Positions 1 through 8,528 of a stretch of DNA of 25,085 bases are shown in pieces. Under the pieces are notes generated by a model that had not been told where the DNA came from, did no database searches, and worked only from the letters and a program-made list of their open reading frames with translations. The position numbers and the translations under genes are program-made. Positions within the stretch are counted from its first letter, which is position 1, and every line of letters begins with the position of its first letter. This stretch comes from a virus (Duplodnaviria > Heunggongvirae > Uroviricota > Caudoviricetes): positions 1-25,085 of IMG/VR virus record IMGVR_UViG_2778261692_000009, one strand, 5' to 3'.

Positions 1-97
1 CTGAAAGGTGAGGAACTGGCGCAATATAATTTGTGGCTGGATTATCTGGACGCACTGGAACTGGTCGATACTTCCGGTGCGCCAGATATTGAATGGC

Positions 98-700
98 CTA
101 CGCCTCCGGCAGTTCAGGCCAGATGACATCCGGCGCGGTGCTGGTATCTGTTGCCGTCACCGCGTCAATGTAATCCAGCGCAGCGTTAAGTCGGGCGGTT
201 TCTGCCTGCGTCAGATTCCGTCCGGCCTGCAATTTCAGCTGAATCAGACTAATGGAAGCCATTGCAGTATCAATCAGTGACTGACGCTGTGCTTCTGCCG
301 CGCCTACTGCGGCGCTATGCTGTGCCACAGTATCTGTTACCCATTTCTCACCATCCCATTCATCGTATGGCGTTAACGGGGCGATAGTGGTTGTATTTTC
401 AGGATAATCACCCGGAGCGGTGATTTCTTTTGATTCTCCTGTTTTGGTGCTATAGACCGTTTCACCGCGATGGTCTGGCACATATTCCCATGAGTTAAAA
501 TCTGCAGAACGGCAGATTGCATAACCAGCCTTATGTGTGCCAGGGGCATCTAAACAGGAACATGCCGGAATGCCGACACCAACGGCAAGATATTCATTTG
601 AAGTGGAAATATATTCCCGTGTTTCACCATCATAGTTATAAACGGTAACATCCCCTGCCTTTGTTGCAATGAGCTCACTATTTAATATTGCTTTATGCAT
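98..700 (-). CDS. G: tail fibre assembly protein (P2 gpG-like)
   Basis: 200-aa ORF immediately downstream of the tail fibre gene, start overlapping the H stop (TGATG); position and size match P2 G. Confidence 0.8.
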   Translation of the reverse strand: MHKAILNSELIATKAGDVTVYNYDGETREYISTSNEYLAVGVGIPACSCLDAPGTHKAGYAICRSADFNSWEYVPDHRGETVYSTKTGESKEITAPGDYPENTTTIAPLTPYDEWDGEKWVTDTVAQHSAAVGAAEAQRQSLIDTAMASISLIQLKLQAGRNLTQAETARLNAALDYIDAVTATDTSTAPDVIWPELPEA

Positions 701-2247
701 CAGGCTGCCCTCACGATATAGTTAAATGCAATATTACGCGGACGCGTTTCTGAGGCTGCGGCACCTAAACCAGCCACTGATTGTTTATATGTTTTAAAGG
801 TTCCATAATCCGGTGCTGGTAATCCGGCATCGTTTGTGTTTCCTCTTTTGATAATGTCAGTGCCACTATTTACCCAGCTTTCATCAAAATAGAAATTAAT
901 CGTTGCATCAGTCACAATCGTGGATCTTGACGGTAATCCATGAGCATGATCCTCCGTTGCATACCCCTGAATACTTAAAATAGAGCGACCTGTATCAATC
1001 CCCCGCCCGTCATCCCAGCCACGAATAAACTCACCACGTAAATCAGGCAATTTATTTGTCGGGTAAACTTTTGCCAGTTCCGGGTATTCTTCAGCAGAAA
1101 AAGCTGCACCATTGCATTTCAGCCAGCCTGTTGGCGGAGTGGCTGAAGGCCACGGAACAGGGACACCAACAGGTAATGCAGAGCCTTCTCCCAAACCAAG
1201 GTATGTGAGAAGACCAGCTACATCCTTTCCACTCAAATTGGTAAGCGTATTGTCCAGCGGTTGTTTACCTGACAGCGCATTAAGCATTGTCGTGGCAAAG
1301 TTCGGATCATTCCCCAGTGCCGCCGCCAGTTCGTTCAGTGTATCCAGTGCCGCAGGTGCAGAACCCACCATTGCCGCAATCGCCGATTTCACAAATGCCG
1401 TGGTGGCAATCTGTGTATTGTTGACCGACTGTGCCGCAGTAGGTGCTGTTGGCGTTCCGGTGAGTGCCGGACTCGACAGCGGCGCTTTCAGTGCCAGCGC
1501 ATTGTTAATGGTGGTACTGAATTTCGGGTCATTATTAATGGCAGCGGCAATTTCTTTCAGCGTATCCAGTGTGGCTGGCGCACCATTAATAAGGGCCATC
1601 AGTGCCGCCTGAACAAACGCGGTGGTCGCAATCTGCGTGGTGTTATTCCCCTCCGCTGGCGTTGGCGCTTTGGGTGTTCCGGTCAATGTCGGGCTTTCTT
1701 TGGGGGCATACTGTGAATGCGGGTCCGGTGCGGCAAGATGTTTTGCCATCTTATCATCCACGAACACCTTCAGCTCCAGTACCTTGTCATCCACATACTT
1801 GCGGGTTGCCAGCACGACGGCAGGGTCGATTTTCAGGGTGATATTGTCCGTGCTGCTGGTAATCAGCACCATGCGCACGGTCTGAGTGCGCCCGCTACCT
1901 TCAGCCAGTTGCGGCTTATAGCTTTCCGGGCAGTTGCCCACGGCAATCAATGCCCCGGACTCATCAAACAAGCCCACTTCACGTATCCACCAACCGCCCT
2001 CGTTTTCAGGGATCACCTGTTCGGCAATAATCTGGCTGCTGTTCTGCGGGTCGATATAGAGCATATTCAGCGCAGCCCGGCGTTTCTCATTTACCAGTGC
2101 AGTCTGCTTTGAGTCTGGCGTTGGCAATACTCCGCCGCCATCGCCGACCGCCATATGGGTAATTTTTAGCGGCACACCGAGCGCGGCGGCGCTGGCAAGT
2201 TTCGCCGCGCCAATATCCGTCAGCAGGGTATAAAATTTTGTGCTCAT
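700..2247 (-). CDS. H: tail fibre protein (P2 gpH-like)
   Basis: 515 aa; N-terminus MSTKFYTLLTDIGAAKLA...MAVGDGGG and the central block NNTQIATTAFV...LNELAAALGNDPNFATTM match recalled P2 gpH; the C-terminus diverges, as expected for a receptor-binding region. Confidence 0.88.
   Translation of the reverse strand: MSTKFYTLLTDIGAAKLASAAALGVPLKITHMAVGDGGGVLPTPDSKQTALVNEKRRAALNMLYIDPQNSSQIIAEQVIPENEGGWWIREVGLFDESGALIAVGNCPESYKPQLAEGSGRTQTVRMVLITSSTDNITLKIDPAVVLATRKYVDDKVLELKVFVDDKMAKHLAAPDPHSQYAPKESPTLTGTPKAPTPAEGNNTTQIATTAFVQAALMALINGAPATLDTLKEIAAAINNDPKFSTTINNALALKAPLSSPALTGTPTAPTAAQSVNNTQIATTAFVKSAIAAMVGSAPAALDTLNELAAALGNDPNFATTMLNALSGKQPLDNTLTNLSGKDVAGLLTYLGLGEGSALPVGVPVPWPSATPPTGWLKCNGAAFSAEEYPELAKVYPTNKLPDLRGEFIRGWDDGRGIDTGRSILSIQGYATEDHAHGLPSRSTIVTDATINFYFDESWVNSGTDIIKRGNTNDAGLPAPDYGTFKTYKQSVAGLGAAASETRPRNIAFNYIVRAA
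1243..1686 (-). repeat. internal tandem duplication (about 74 aa / 222 nt unit, two copies) inside tail fibre gene H
   Basis: Protein shows LTGTPKAPTPAEGNNTTQIATTAFVQAAL...AAAINNDPKF followed by LTGTPTAPTAAQSVNNTQIATTAFVKSAI...AALGNDPNF; the matching DNA blocks are visible near 1320-1420 and 1540-1640. Confidence 0.6.
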
Positions 2248-2849
2248 GGATTCACTCTCATTGTGTCAATAACATGGACCGCCCCGCCTTCATGCGCGGT
2301 GCCGCCAGAAATAATTGTTTCGTTGATATACGGATAGATCGTGATTTCTTCGCCAAGATAGCTGGCGGCCCCCACCCAATGCGGACCGCTGGTCTGCAGA
2401 TTGATGGACATGCCGATCATGTGACGGCTACATGGTTTGGCATCGCTTATCAGCCGCTCAAGTTCCAGATAGGTATCTTCAGTGATGCCCTGGTCCTGCA
2501 CGCCGATATCCAGGCGAAACGTGCCCGGTGTTTCTCCGGTCTGCCACCACTCAATAATGCGGATCAGGAATCCGAACGGTTCCACCACCCGCCGCACGGC
2601 ACTGGTGGTTCCTTTATGCTGATGAATATAAAAAGCATCCTTCACTACCTGGCGTTTGACGCTTTCTGTCCAGCCCTCGTCCCAGCGATCCACAGAGAAC
2701 GCCCAGGCGAGATAAGGCAGGAAACTGACCGGACAGGTAGCCGGATTCCACAAGTCACGCAGCGGCACCTGCAGATCAGAAATCCCGCTACAGGTTTGCG
2801 CCAGTCGGCGCTCCAGTGAAGTTGAACCCGGTGGCAGCAGACTATTCAT
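2244..2849 (-). CDS. I: baseplate assembly protein (P2 gpI-like)
   Basis: 201 aa; LLPPGS...RDLWNPATCP...LPYLAWAFSVDRWDEGW closely matches recalled P2 gpI; start overlaps the J stop. Confidence 0.88.
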   Translation of the reverse strand: MNSLLPPGSTSLERRLAQTCSGISDLQVPLRDLWNPATCPVSFLPYLAWAFSVDRWDEGWTESVKRQVVKDAFYIHQHKGTTSAVRRVVEPFGFLIRIIEWWQTGETPGTFRLDIGVQDQGITEDTYLELERLISDAKPCSRHMIGMSINLQTSGPHWVGAASYLGEEITIYPYINETIISGGTAHEGGAVHVIDTMRVNP

Positions 2850-3750
2850 CCGTTCCTCCGTTGGTTACGCTCCACTGCGTACATGATGCCGCCTGTGTTT
2901 TGTTCAGGACCACATCCGCCAGAGGAGAAGCCAGCTCCACACGCTGCACACCCTCAACATGCAGGGCGGCAAAGATGGCGCTACGGCGAATATCCCGACC
3001 AAGACGCGTCTGACTGGCGATGTACTTCTGCAGGCTGGCTTTTGCCGCTGCCATTACCGGCTCTGCTTCCGGTCCCGGATAGAGAAAAATAGTGGCTTCC
3101 ACGCGGTACGGGATGATTTCTGCGCTGCGAACCGTCAGACGGTCAGCCACCGGGCGGACGTTCTCACTGTTCAGGGCTTTCTCCACCACATCCAGCAGGT
3201 CTTTTTCTGCAGTTCCATCGCCTTCGCGGCTAAGGACAGTCAGCACCACCTCTGCAGGTGCCGGGCTGGTTGCACTGGCATCCGCCACCCGACCGTCGGC
3301 GCTTCGGGCATGAAATTCATAAGCTGCAGTTGGCCCCGCAACCGAAAGCCCTTCAAAGGCTGCAGGCACACGCAGGCGTAACGCTTCATCGCTTTCCATC
3401 ACAGCCGCCACTGGCGGCACAGCGTCATTATCAGCTGGCGTCACTGTCAGGCGTTTCACGTTATAGTTGGCGGCGAGCTGATCCAGATCGCCTCCCATGG
3501 CATAAGCTACCATCACCGCCTGCGCGGCTTCGTTAATGCGCTGGCGCAGAAGCAACTCACGGTAAGCGTTCTCCTGCAACAATTTGGTGACGGGTTCAGA
3601 TTCCAGTTCCAGCGTACGCATCACAGCTTCCCGCTCATCTTTCGGATGGAGCGCCACAAATTCTGCCTTACGTTCTGCAAACAGCGTTTCAAAGTCCGGC
3701 ACATCCACAATCTGCGGTGCAGGCAACTGCGAAAGGTCAATCACTGCCAT
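2842..3750 (-). CDS. J: baseplate protein (P2 gpJ-like)
   Basis: ORF track gives 2842..3789; the internal Met (MAVIDLSQLPAPQ...) at 3750 matches the gpJ N-terminus and size (302 aa). Confidence 0.88.
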   Translation of the reverse strand: MAVIDLSQLPAPQIVDVPDFETLFAERKAEFVALHPKDEREAVMRTLELESEPVTKLLQENAYRELLLRQRINEAAQAVMVAYAMGGDLDQLAANYNVKRLTVTPADNDAVPPVAAVMESDEALRLRVPAAFEGLSVAGPTAAYEFHARSADGRVADASATSPAPAEVVLTVLSREGDGTAEKDLLDVVEKALNSENVRPVADRLTVRSAEIIPYRVEATIFLYPGPEAEPVMAAAKASLQKYIASQTRLGRDIRRSAIFAALHVEGVQRVELASPLADVVLNKTQAASCTQWSVTNGGTDE

Positions 3751-4096
3751 TCTCGGCTCCTGTTGATACGGAAAGGGAAACAGGCACACCGTTATTACGC
3801 TGTCCGGTCAGTTCCACCACCATAGAACCGTCAAAATTGCTGTTGATGGTGATGGACTCCAGCGTCAGCCGAGGCTCCCAGCGACTCAGCGCCACATACA
3901 CCGCCGACATAATCTGCAGGCGTAACGCCGGATTTTGTGGCTGGTCTATCAGCGCCGACAGCAGGGAACCATATTCACGACGGGCAATGCGGCTACCCTG
4001 CGGCGTCAGCAGAATATCCCGCACCGACTGGCGCAGATGGTCAATATCAGTAATGGCTTTACCGCTGGTATTGTTCATCCCGATATAAAGCGTCAT
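3737..4096 (-). CDS. W: baseplate wedge protein (gpW / GPW-gp25 family)
   Basis: 119 aa; ...GSRIARREYGSLLSALIDQPQNPALRLQI...WEPRLTL... is collinear with recalled P2 gpW. Confidence 0.9.
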   Translation of the reverse strand: MTLYIGMNNTSGKAITDIDHLRQSVRDILLTPQGSRIARREYGSLLSALIDQPQNPALRLQIMSAVYVALSRWEPRLTLESITINSNFDGSMVVELTGQRNNGVPVSLSVSTGAENGSD

Positions 4097-4671
4097 ACCG
4101 GGCCTCCGGTGGTGTCGCCACCTTTCTGGACGCCAGTATGCTGATGCGCATCAACCACGATCCCGTTAGAACTCATCGCACCGCCGCCCTGGGTAACGCC
4201 ACCATTGATCACCACTTCGCTGTTAATGCGCGTGCGGTCAGCCTCCAGTACAAACTCTCTGGTTTTCATGGTGATGTTGTCAGCGGCCTCAATGACCATT
4301 GATTTGATGCCCCTGACATACCAGCGCCCGGTTGCGGGTTCGTATTCAAACCAGCCACCGTCAGGATGTTCTGTCACGCAGGCGTCCGCCGACGTCGACG
4401 GTGGTGCGAACTGATTCGAATAGACAGCGGGCAGCGCAAAGGCAGTCTCCAGATTGCCGCCCAGACTCAGCAGCACCACCTGCTCACCTTCCGATGGTTT
4501 CCACCATGTGCGGGCATTACCCGCGCGCAGCGTCAGCCAGTTAATCCAGTTGGTTTCAAGGTCGCCCGTTTTCACCCGACAAAGCCAGTTTTCCCGGTCC
4601 ACTTCGGTGACTACACCTGTGCGGATCAGGTTGGTGATAAGGCGCATGATTTCAGTCAGTTGTGCATTCAT
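4093..4671 (-). CDS. V: baseplate spike/hub protein (P2 gpV-like)
   Basis: Internal Met MNAQLTEIMRLITNLIRTGVVTEVD... aligns with the recalled P2 gpV N-terminus; the ORF-track 5' extension to 4749 is probably not translated. Confidence 0.88.
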   Translation of the reverse strand: MNAQLTEIMRLITNLIRTGVVTEVDRENWLCRVKTGDLETNWINWLTLRAGNARTWWKPSEGEQVVLLSLGGNLETAFALPAVYSNQFAPPSTSADACVTEHPDGGWFEYEPATGRWYVRGIKSMVIEAADNITMKTREFVLEADRTRINSEVVINGGVTQGGGAMSSNGIVVDAHQHTGVQKGGDTTGGPV

Positions 4672-4719
4672 GAGAGCGATCCTTGCACAACCTGGTAGAG
4701 TGATGTAATACAGAGCGTA

Positions 4720-4737
4720 TGTATGGAGAACCACACA
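4720..4737. promoter_or_regulatory. TGT-N12-ACA dyad, candidate late-activator (Ogr/B family) binding site of the V-operon late promoter
   Basis: tgtatggagaaccacaca sits in the V/cargo intergenic region; P2-family late promoters carry this dyad. The spacer ends in aaccac, as does the dyad upstream of P. Confidence 0.4.
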
Positions 4738-4766
4738 AAAGAGAAACAATTTCTAAGGTATTTAAG

Positions 4767-5633
4767 ATGACACAAATCGCAATTTATGGATTTAATTTCA
4801 CTAAAAAAATCACATTTGACGGTGGTGAGTTAACTCCTATTTTCAGTTCATGGGGTGAGTTAAAAAAAAATGGCTGGGCTAATGATAGGTACATCCTCAC
4901 TGGTTTTTTCAAACCAAACTCGAATAACTACGCCACTCAACAGCAGCTTATTTTTGATTTACAAGCAGTTCTTAGTTTTATTGAACAAAAAAATGTAATC
5001 ATTTCAGGAGAACTTGAAAATGATGAAACCCCTTTCAATTTCAAACCATCTCTACCCCAAAAGCTTGACAAAAAAAGAGATAAGGGTGCGGGCATTATCA
5101 TCATGGAAGATTATTTTATACCAAACAGCCGAGAAAATTTTATTTGCTTAGCCATGGAAAAACTAAATAGTAAAGCCATGCTAAAACAAGATGCCTTTAG
5201 AACATCATTTTTTAAATCAATGCTAGCTTTCCGCGACTCAATAAATTATATCGACGTCAGATATTATTTATTATTCTCGGCACTAGAAGCACTTTGCAGA
5301 TTTATTAAAAATGACTACTCCCCTGCCAAAACACCACAAATAATCACTCAGGTTTTAAAAGAATATGGTTTTAATGTCGAAAAAACAGGACATACATTAG
5401 CTCAAAGAAACATTATGCATTACTGCAAACTCCGTCACTCGCTGTTCCACAATGGTAAATACATTGCCTATCTTGATGAAAAAAACTCAGATGGCAAAAT
5501 TGAAATTCAAGATTACTCATCAAATTTGAATTTACTGGTGCCACTTGTACTAATGAAATTCATAGGATTTGATGATAATTATATAAACTGGGACTCATGG
5601 ATTGATAGGAATCCATTTATCAGTAAAAAGTAA
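4767..5633 (+). CDS. hypothetical protein, AT-rich accessory gene of unknown function inserted between V and S (candidate defence or lysogenic-conversion gene)
   Basis: 288 aa from the ATG at 4767 with an AAGG ribosome-binding site 7 nt upstream; strongly AT-rich versus flanking genes; opposite strand to the late operons; no family recognised; contains an R-x4-H motif (LRHSLFHNG). Confidence 0.65.
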   Translation: MTQIAIYGFNFTKKITFDGGELTPIFSSWGELKKNGWANDRYILTGFFKPNSNNYATQQQLIFDLQAVLSFIEQKNVIISGELENDETPFNFKPSLPQKLDKKRDKGAGIIIMEDYFIPNSRENFICLAMEKLNSKAMLKQDAFRTSFFKSMLAFRDSINYIDVRYYLLFSALEALCRFIKNDYSPAKTPQIITQVLKEYGFNVEKTGHTLAQRNIMHYCKLRHSLFHNGKYIAYLDEKNSDGKIEIQDYSSNLNLLVPLVLMKFIGFDDNYINWDSWIDRNPFISKK

Positions 5634-5659
5634 ACTAAATTTTATAAATGTGGTTTTAT

Positions 5660-6106
5660 TCATCTCTGTAACCAATTTAGCAAAGCATCCTGAATGACAG
5701 TTTCCACATCATCATTTACACCCAGCAGGCGACGCTCTGCGTAACGGACCTCCGGTCCTTTGCGACTGACGCGATCACGGAGGCCGTAATGGTGAACGCG
5801 GGCAATGCGCTGCACCTTACCTTCAAACTGCACGCTGGCAGAATCGGCACTGGCGGCAGTTTTCAGGTATTTAGTGGTGCGCAGCTTTGCAAACATCTGA
5901 CGTTTGATACGGCCTTTTTTACTGCGTGCTGTTACCCTGCGCGGTTCATAACTGCTGCCATCTGGATTGCGCTGTATCCTGATATTCTGCTGCTGTGTCC
6001 GGCGCAGTTCCTGCGCCAGCTGGCGCATCATGCGGCTTCTTGCGGCTGGTTCCAGATTCGCCAGTAAGGCACTAAGCCAGTCGTCCACCTTCTGCAGTTC
6101 AGCCAC
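5660..6106 (-). CDS. S: tail completion / virion morphogenesis protein (P2 gpS-like)
   Basis: 148 aa, basic, in the position and of the size of P2 gpS; start overlaps the R stop. Confidence 0.8.
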   Translation of the reverse strand: MAELQKVDDWLSALLANLEPAARSRMMRQLAQELRRTQQQNIRIQRNPDGSSYEPRRVTARSKKGRIKRQMFAKLRTTKYLKTAASADSASVQFEGKVQRIARVHHYGLRDRVSRKGPEVRYAERRLLGVNDDVETVIQDALLNWLQR

Positions 6107-6530
6107 GTTTCACCGTCCACATTTCTTCAGGTTCATCAGGTTCTGCTACAGCTTCAACGCTCGACACACTGCCGTCAGTGCTGACCAGCACACGTTCCGT
6201 CAGTTGCAGGTTTAGGCTGATATCACAGACATCGTTGCGCAGAATATCTACCTCAAAGGTGAATAGCTTTTCCCGTAACGCCGGGTTATTGATGGCATCG
6301 GGCTGGTTATCCCGCAGCCACAATAAAACCGGGGCCATCAGCAGATTCTGGTCGCCGCTGAAATCCTCTATCACCACGTTCAGGGTATAGCGGTACTCCC
6401 ATGACATGGAGCTGGCCCCCGTGGCAACCAACGAACCGTTATCCACAAACAGATGCAGTTTGTCCGGGTTATTGCGGACATAAGGCACTGCTTTATTGAG
6501 GGCGTGGCGCAGGGATTGTGGTTTGTTCAT
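6099..6530 (-). CDS. R: tail completion protein (P2 gpR-like)
   Basis: Internal Met MNKPQSLRHALNKAV...LHLFVDNGS...YTLNVVIEDFSGD...WLRDNQPD matches recalled P2 gpR. Confidence 0.85.
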   Translation of the reverse strand: MNKPQSLRHALNKAVPYVRNNPDKLHLFVDNGSLVATGASSMSWEYRYTLNVVIEDFSGDQNLLMAPVLLWLRDNQPDAINNPALREKLFTFEVDILRNDVCDISLNLQLTERVLVSTDGSVSSVEAVAEPDEPEEMWTVKRG

Positions 6531-6783
6531 TGTTTCGCTCCTGACACGCAATAATCATGTCCACTTTGTCTGCACAGACCGCCCAGGCGGCCTCCGTTTC
6601 ATCCAGCAATGCGTTCAGACCACCGTTAGTGCGCGGCGCTGCCTGCTCCAGCCGACACGGCGTCACTCGCGGACAACCACTGACGGTAAGCTGCACCTCC
6701 GGTGAGTACCGGACGTTCCCGCAGCCGGATAATGTCAGCAGGCAAAGAAGTATCAGCCCAGCGGCGTAAATCCTCGTTCTCAC
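6493..6783 (-). CDS. lysC: outer-membrane spanin lipoprotein (LysC / Rz1-like)
   Basis: 96 aa with N-terminal signal and lipobox (LLTLSGC); out of frame and overlapping the 3' part of lysB, extending into the R start, which is the embedded/overlapped spanin architecture. Confidence 0.65.
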   Translation of the reverse strand: MRTRIYAAGLILLCLLTLSGCGNVRYSPEVQLTVSGCPRVTPCRLEQAAPRTNGGLNALLDETEAAWAVCADKVDMIIACQERNNEQTTIPAPRPQ

Positions 6784-7054
6784 GTTTCAGTTCCTCGATC
6801 CGGCGTTGTCGTTGTCTCAGCAGTGCGCTAGTCTGCTCTGCTTCGGTATAGAGCCGCGCCTGCTCCCGGTTATTGGTTTCAGCCAGAATGGACAGACCGA
6901 TCAGCTGGCTGTTTTTCTTCGTCAGTTCCTGCGCTTTACTTTTCAGCGCCGTGCGCTGCGTTTCGATGGTGTGGCTGGCGCTGTTAAGCCGCCACGACTG
7001 CCAGCCCAGCGCAACGAGTGCCAGCGCCACCACTACTGCCAGTGCACGCGTCAT
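6626..7054 (-). CDS. lysB: inner-membrane spanin (LysB / Rz-like)
   Basis: 142 aa; N-terminal transmembrane segment (ALAVVVALALVALGW) followed by a charged coiled-coil-like region; directly downstream of the endolysin gene. Confidence 0.7.
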   Translation of the reverse strand: MTRALAVVVALALVALGWQSWRLNSASHTIETQRTALKSKAQELTKKNSQLIGLSILAETNNREQARLYTEAEQTSALLRQRQRRIEELKRENEDLRRWADTSLPADIIRLRERPVLTGGAAYRQWLSASDAVSAGAGSAAH

Positions 7055-7566
7055 AGTCCAGCTCCTTTAAGGCACCAGGCCATCTCCCGCGCACGGCGGT
7101 TATCCAGCCCCTGATTAAACACACCTTTTACATAAACCCAGCGCGGCAACTGTCGGCATGCATCCGCCCAGCGCCGCTGATTGAGTAATTTCACCAGTGT
7201 GGAACTGCAGGCATTGCCCGTTCCCACGTTGAAGGCAAACGACACCGTAGCGTCATATACCTTCTGCGGCGGCTGTTGCTTCACACACCTTTCCAGCGCC
7301 CGCTCCACACGCAGCACGTTGGAAATCAGCCCTTCTGCTGCCTGTCGTTCCGTGATTGTTTTGCCGGGAATGACGCCCGATGTATTACCAATGCCGTCGG
7401 TCCAGACACCCGCGCTGCACTGATACGGCTGCAGACGACAGCCTTCGTAATCGACAATCAGTTTCAGCCCCTCCACGGAGGTGTGAAGCTGCTGAAAACC
7501 CGGCAGCGTGGCAGCAATAGCCAGCACGGTCCCGACAAGGCAGCGTTTAACGATTGATGGATTCAT
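7051..7566 (-). CDS. endolysin, T4-type lysozyme (GH24) with N-terminal signal-anchor-release domain
   Basis: 171 aa; hydrophobic N-terminus (CLVGTVLAIAATLPG) then E-x8-D-x5-T-like catalytic region and a C-terminus (LLNQRRWADACRQLPRWVYV...REMAWCL) resembling the phage 21 R-type SAR lysozyme. Confidence 0.85.
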   Translation of the reverse strand: MNPSIVKRCLVGTVLAIAATLPGFQQLHTSVEGLKLIVDYEGCRLQPYQCSAGVWTDGIGNTSGVIPGKTITERQAAEGLISNVLRVERALERCVKQQPPQKVYDATVSFAFNVGTGNACSSTLVKLLNQRRWADACRQLPRWVYVKGVFNQGLDNRRAREMAWCLKGAGL

Positions 7567-7762
7567 AGTCCTCCCGCGAGATCTGCCCGTCGCGCAGAAG
7601 CTGGTAGGCTTTGTGTTTGTAGTACCAGTTGATAGCCAGCATCAGCACACCAATCATCAGGCCGCCCAGCGTTGAGGCATCCTTGATGGACAAATCGCCC
7701 AGCCAGGCCAGCACGACGGCGATGCAATACGTGATAAAGGCGCTGATTCGCTCAAGCGTCAT
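7547..7762 (-). CDS. holin, probable class II pinholin
   Basis: 71 aa with two hydrophobic segments and a charged C-terminus; immediately upstream of and overlapping the SAR endolysin gene. Confidence 0.65.
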   Translation of the reverse strand: MTLERISAFITYCIAVVLAWLGDLSIKDASTLGGLMIGVLMLAINWYYKHKAYQLLRDGQISREDYESINR

Positions 7763-7765
7763 AAT

Positions 7766-7969
7766 TCAGTCCCATAGCCGGACGGTCTGCACGGTGGTGG
7801 TGGTCGGAATGTCCGGCAGCTCCACCTGCAGCCCGTGAGGTAAAAAGGGGCCGTATTCGGCAAGCCCCGGATTTGCCTTCAGTACCTGCTCCGTGACACC
7901 CTGCGTGCGCCCGTAATGACGCCAGCAAAGCGCGTCCACCGTGTCATACTGATGCGCACGCACTTTCAT
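7766..7969 (-). CDS. X: tail protein X (P2 gpX-like)
   Basis: 67 aa; ...DTVDALCWRHYGRTQGVTEQVLKANPGLAEYGPFLPHG..VELPD... is nearly collinear with recalled P2 gpX (67 aa). Confidence 0.9.
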   Translation of the reverse strand: MKVRAHQYDTVDALCWRHYGRTQGVTEQVLKANPGLAEYGPFLPHGLQVELPDIPTTTTVQTVRLWD

Positions 7970-8433
7970 CAGATAAGCTCCACTGTGCAGTGCGGCGCAT
8001 CCTGCACCCGGCTGATGGCCCAGCGGGCGTCACGCCACAAATCACCGCTGGCTTCTGACAGTTCTTCGCCCCGCTTCACACCGGATGCCGTAGCGTCATA
8101 GTCCTGGTATCGTTCGTTGAGCATGGCGCGTGCCCAGCAGTAAACCGCGTTGAAATAGTGCTGAATGCGCTCACTTTTCCCATCCAGCTGTTCTGCCGGA
8201 ACCTCTGCCAGCGAGGCATATCCCAGCATCTGCTGGCGTCTGCGAAACTCATACAGCTCTGCGTTGACCTCCGAAATTGCCGACAGGGCAACCTGTTTTA
8301 AACGCGGCTGCGTCACCGTGCCGTCAGTGCGCATGACACTGCGAAACTCCGACAGGTCCACATCAGGCCAGAACGGCGTATTCCTGATGATTTCCGCCTG
8401 TTCCGGTGCCTGTTCTGGCGCAACAAACTTCAT
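7969..8433 (-). CDS. L: head completion/stabilisation protein (P2 gpL-like)
   Basis: Internal Met at 8433 preceded by a GGAG ribosome-binding site; FWPDVDLSEFR...EVPAEQLDG...HYFNAVYCWA...CTVELI matches recalled gpL. Confidence 0.85.
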   Translation of the reverse strand: MKFVAPEQAPEQAEIIRNTPFWPDVDLSEFRSVMRTDGTVTQPRLKQVALSAISEVNAELYEFRRRQQMLGYASLAEVPAEQLDGKSERIQHYFNAVYCWARAMLNERYQDYDATASGVKRGEELSEASGDLWRDARWAISRVQDAPHCTVELI

Positions 8434-8528
8434 GCTGCTTTCTCCTGAAATAGAGGGCGGTGGACGGGGTTTTGATGTGGCTGTGCCTTTCGCCACCCCG
8501 TGCCGCCCGTGCGCGGGGGCACGTTCTG

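Noticed and set aside
8-280. 90-aa plus-strand ORF at the left edge
   Set aside because: Mostly overlaps the 3' end of the tail fibre assembly gene on the opposite strand; Trp/Arg/Cys-rich translation looks non-coding.
1112-2112. Plus-strand ORFs (1112..1612, 1602..1841, 1622..1885, 1717..2112) inside the tail fibre gene
   Set aside because: They lie antisense to a well-supported structural gene, have low-complexity Ala/Gly/Ser-rich translations typical of shadow frames in GC-rich DNA, and lack ribosome-binding sites.
4719-4766. N-terminal extension of the cargo ORF (MYGEPHKRETISKVFK) given by the ORF track
   Set aside because: It overlaps the TGT-N12-ACA dyad and lacks a ribosome-binding site, whereas the ATG at 4767 has AAGG at suitable spacing. 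Other genes (J, V, R, L, OLD-like, dam, int, cI) show similar over-long track extensions that I trimmed to the homology-supported Met.
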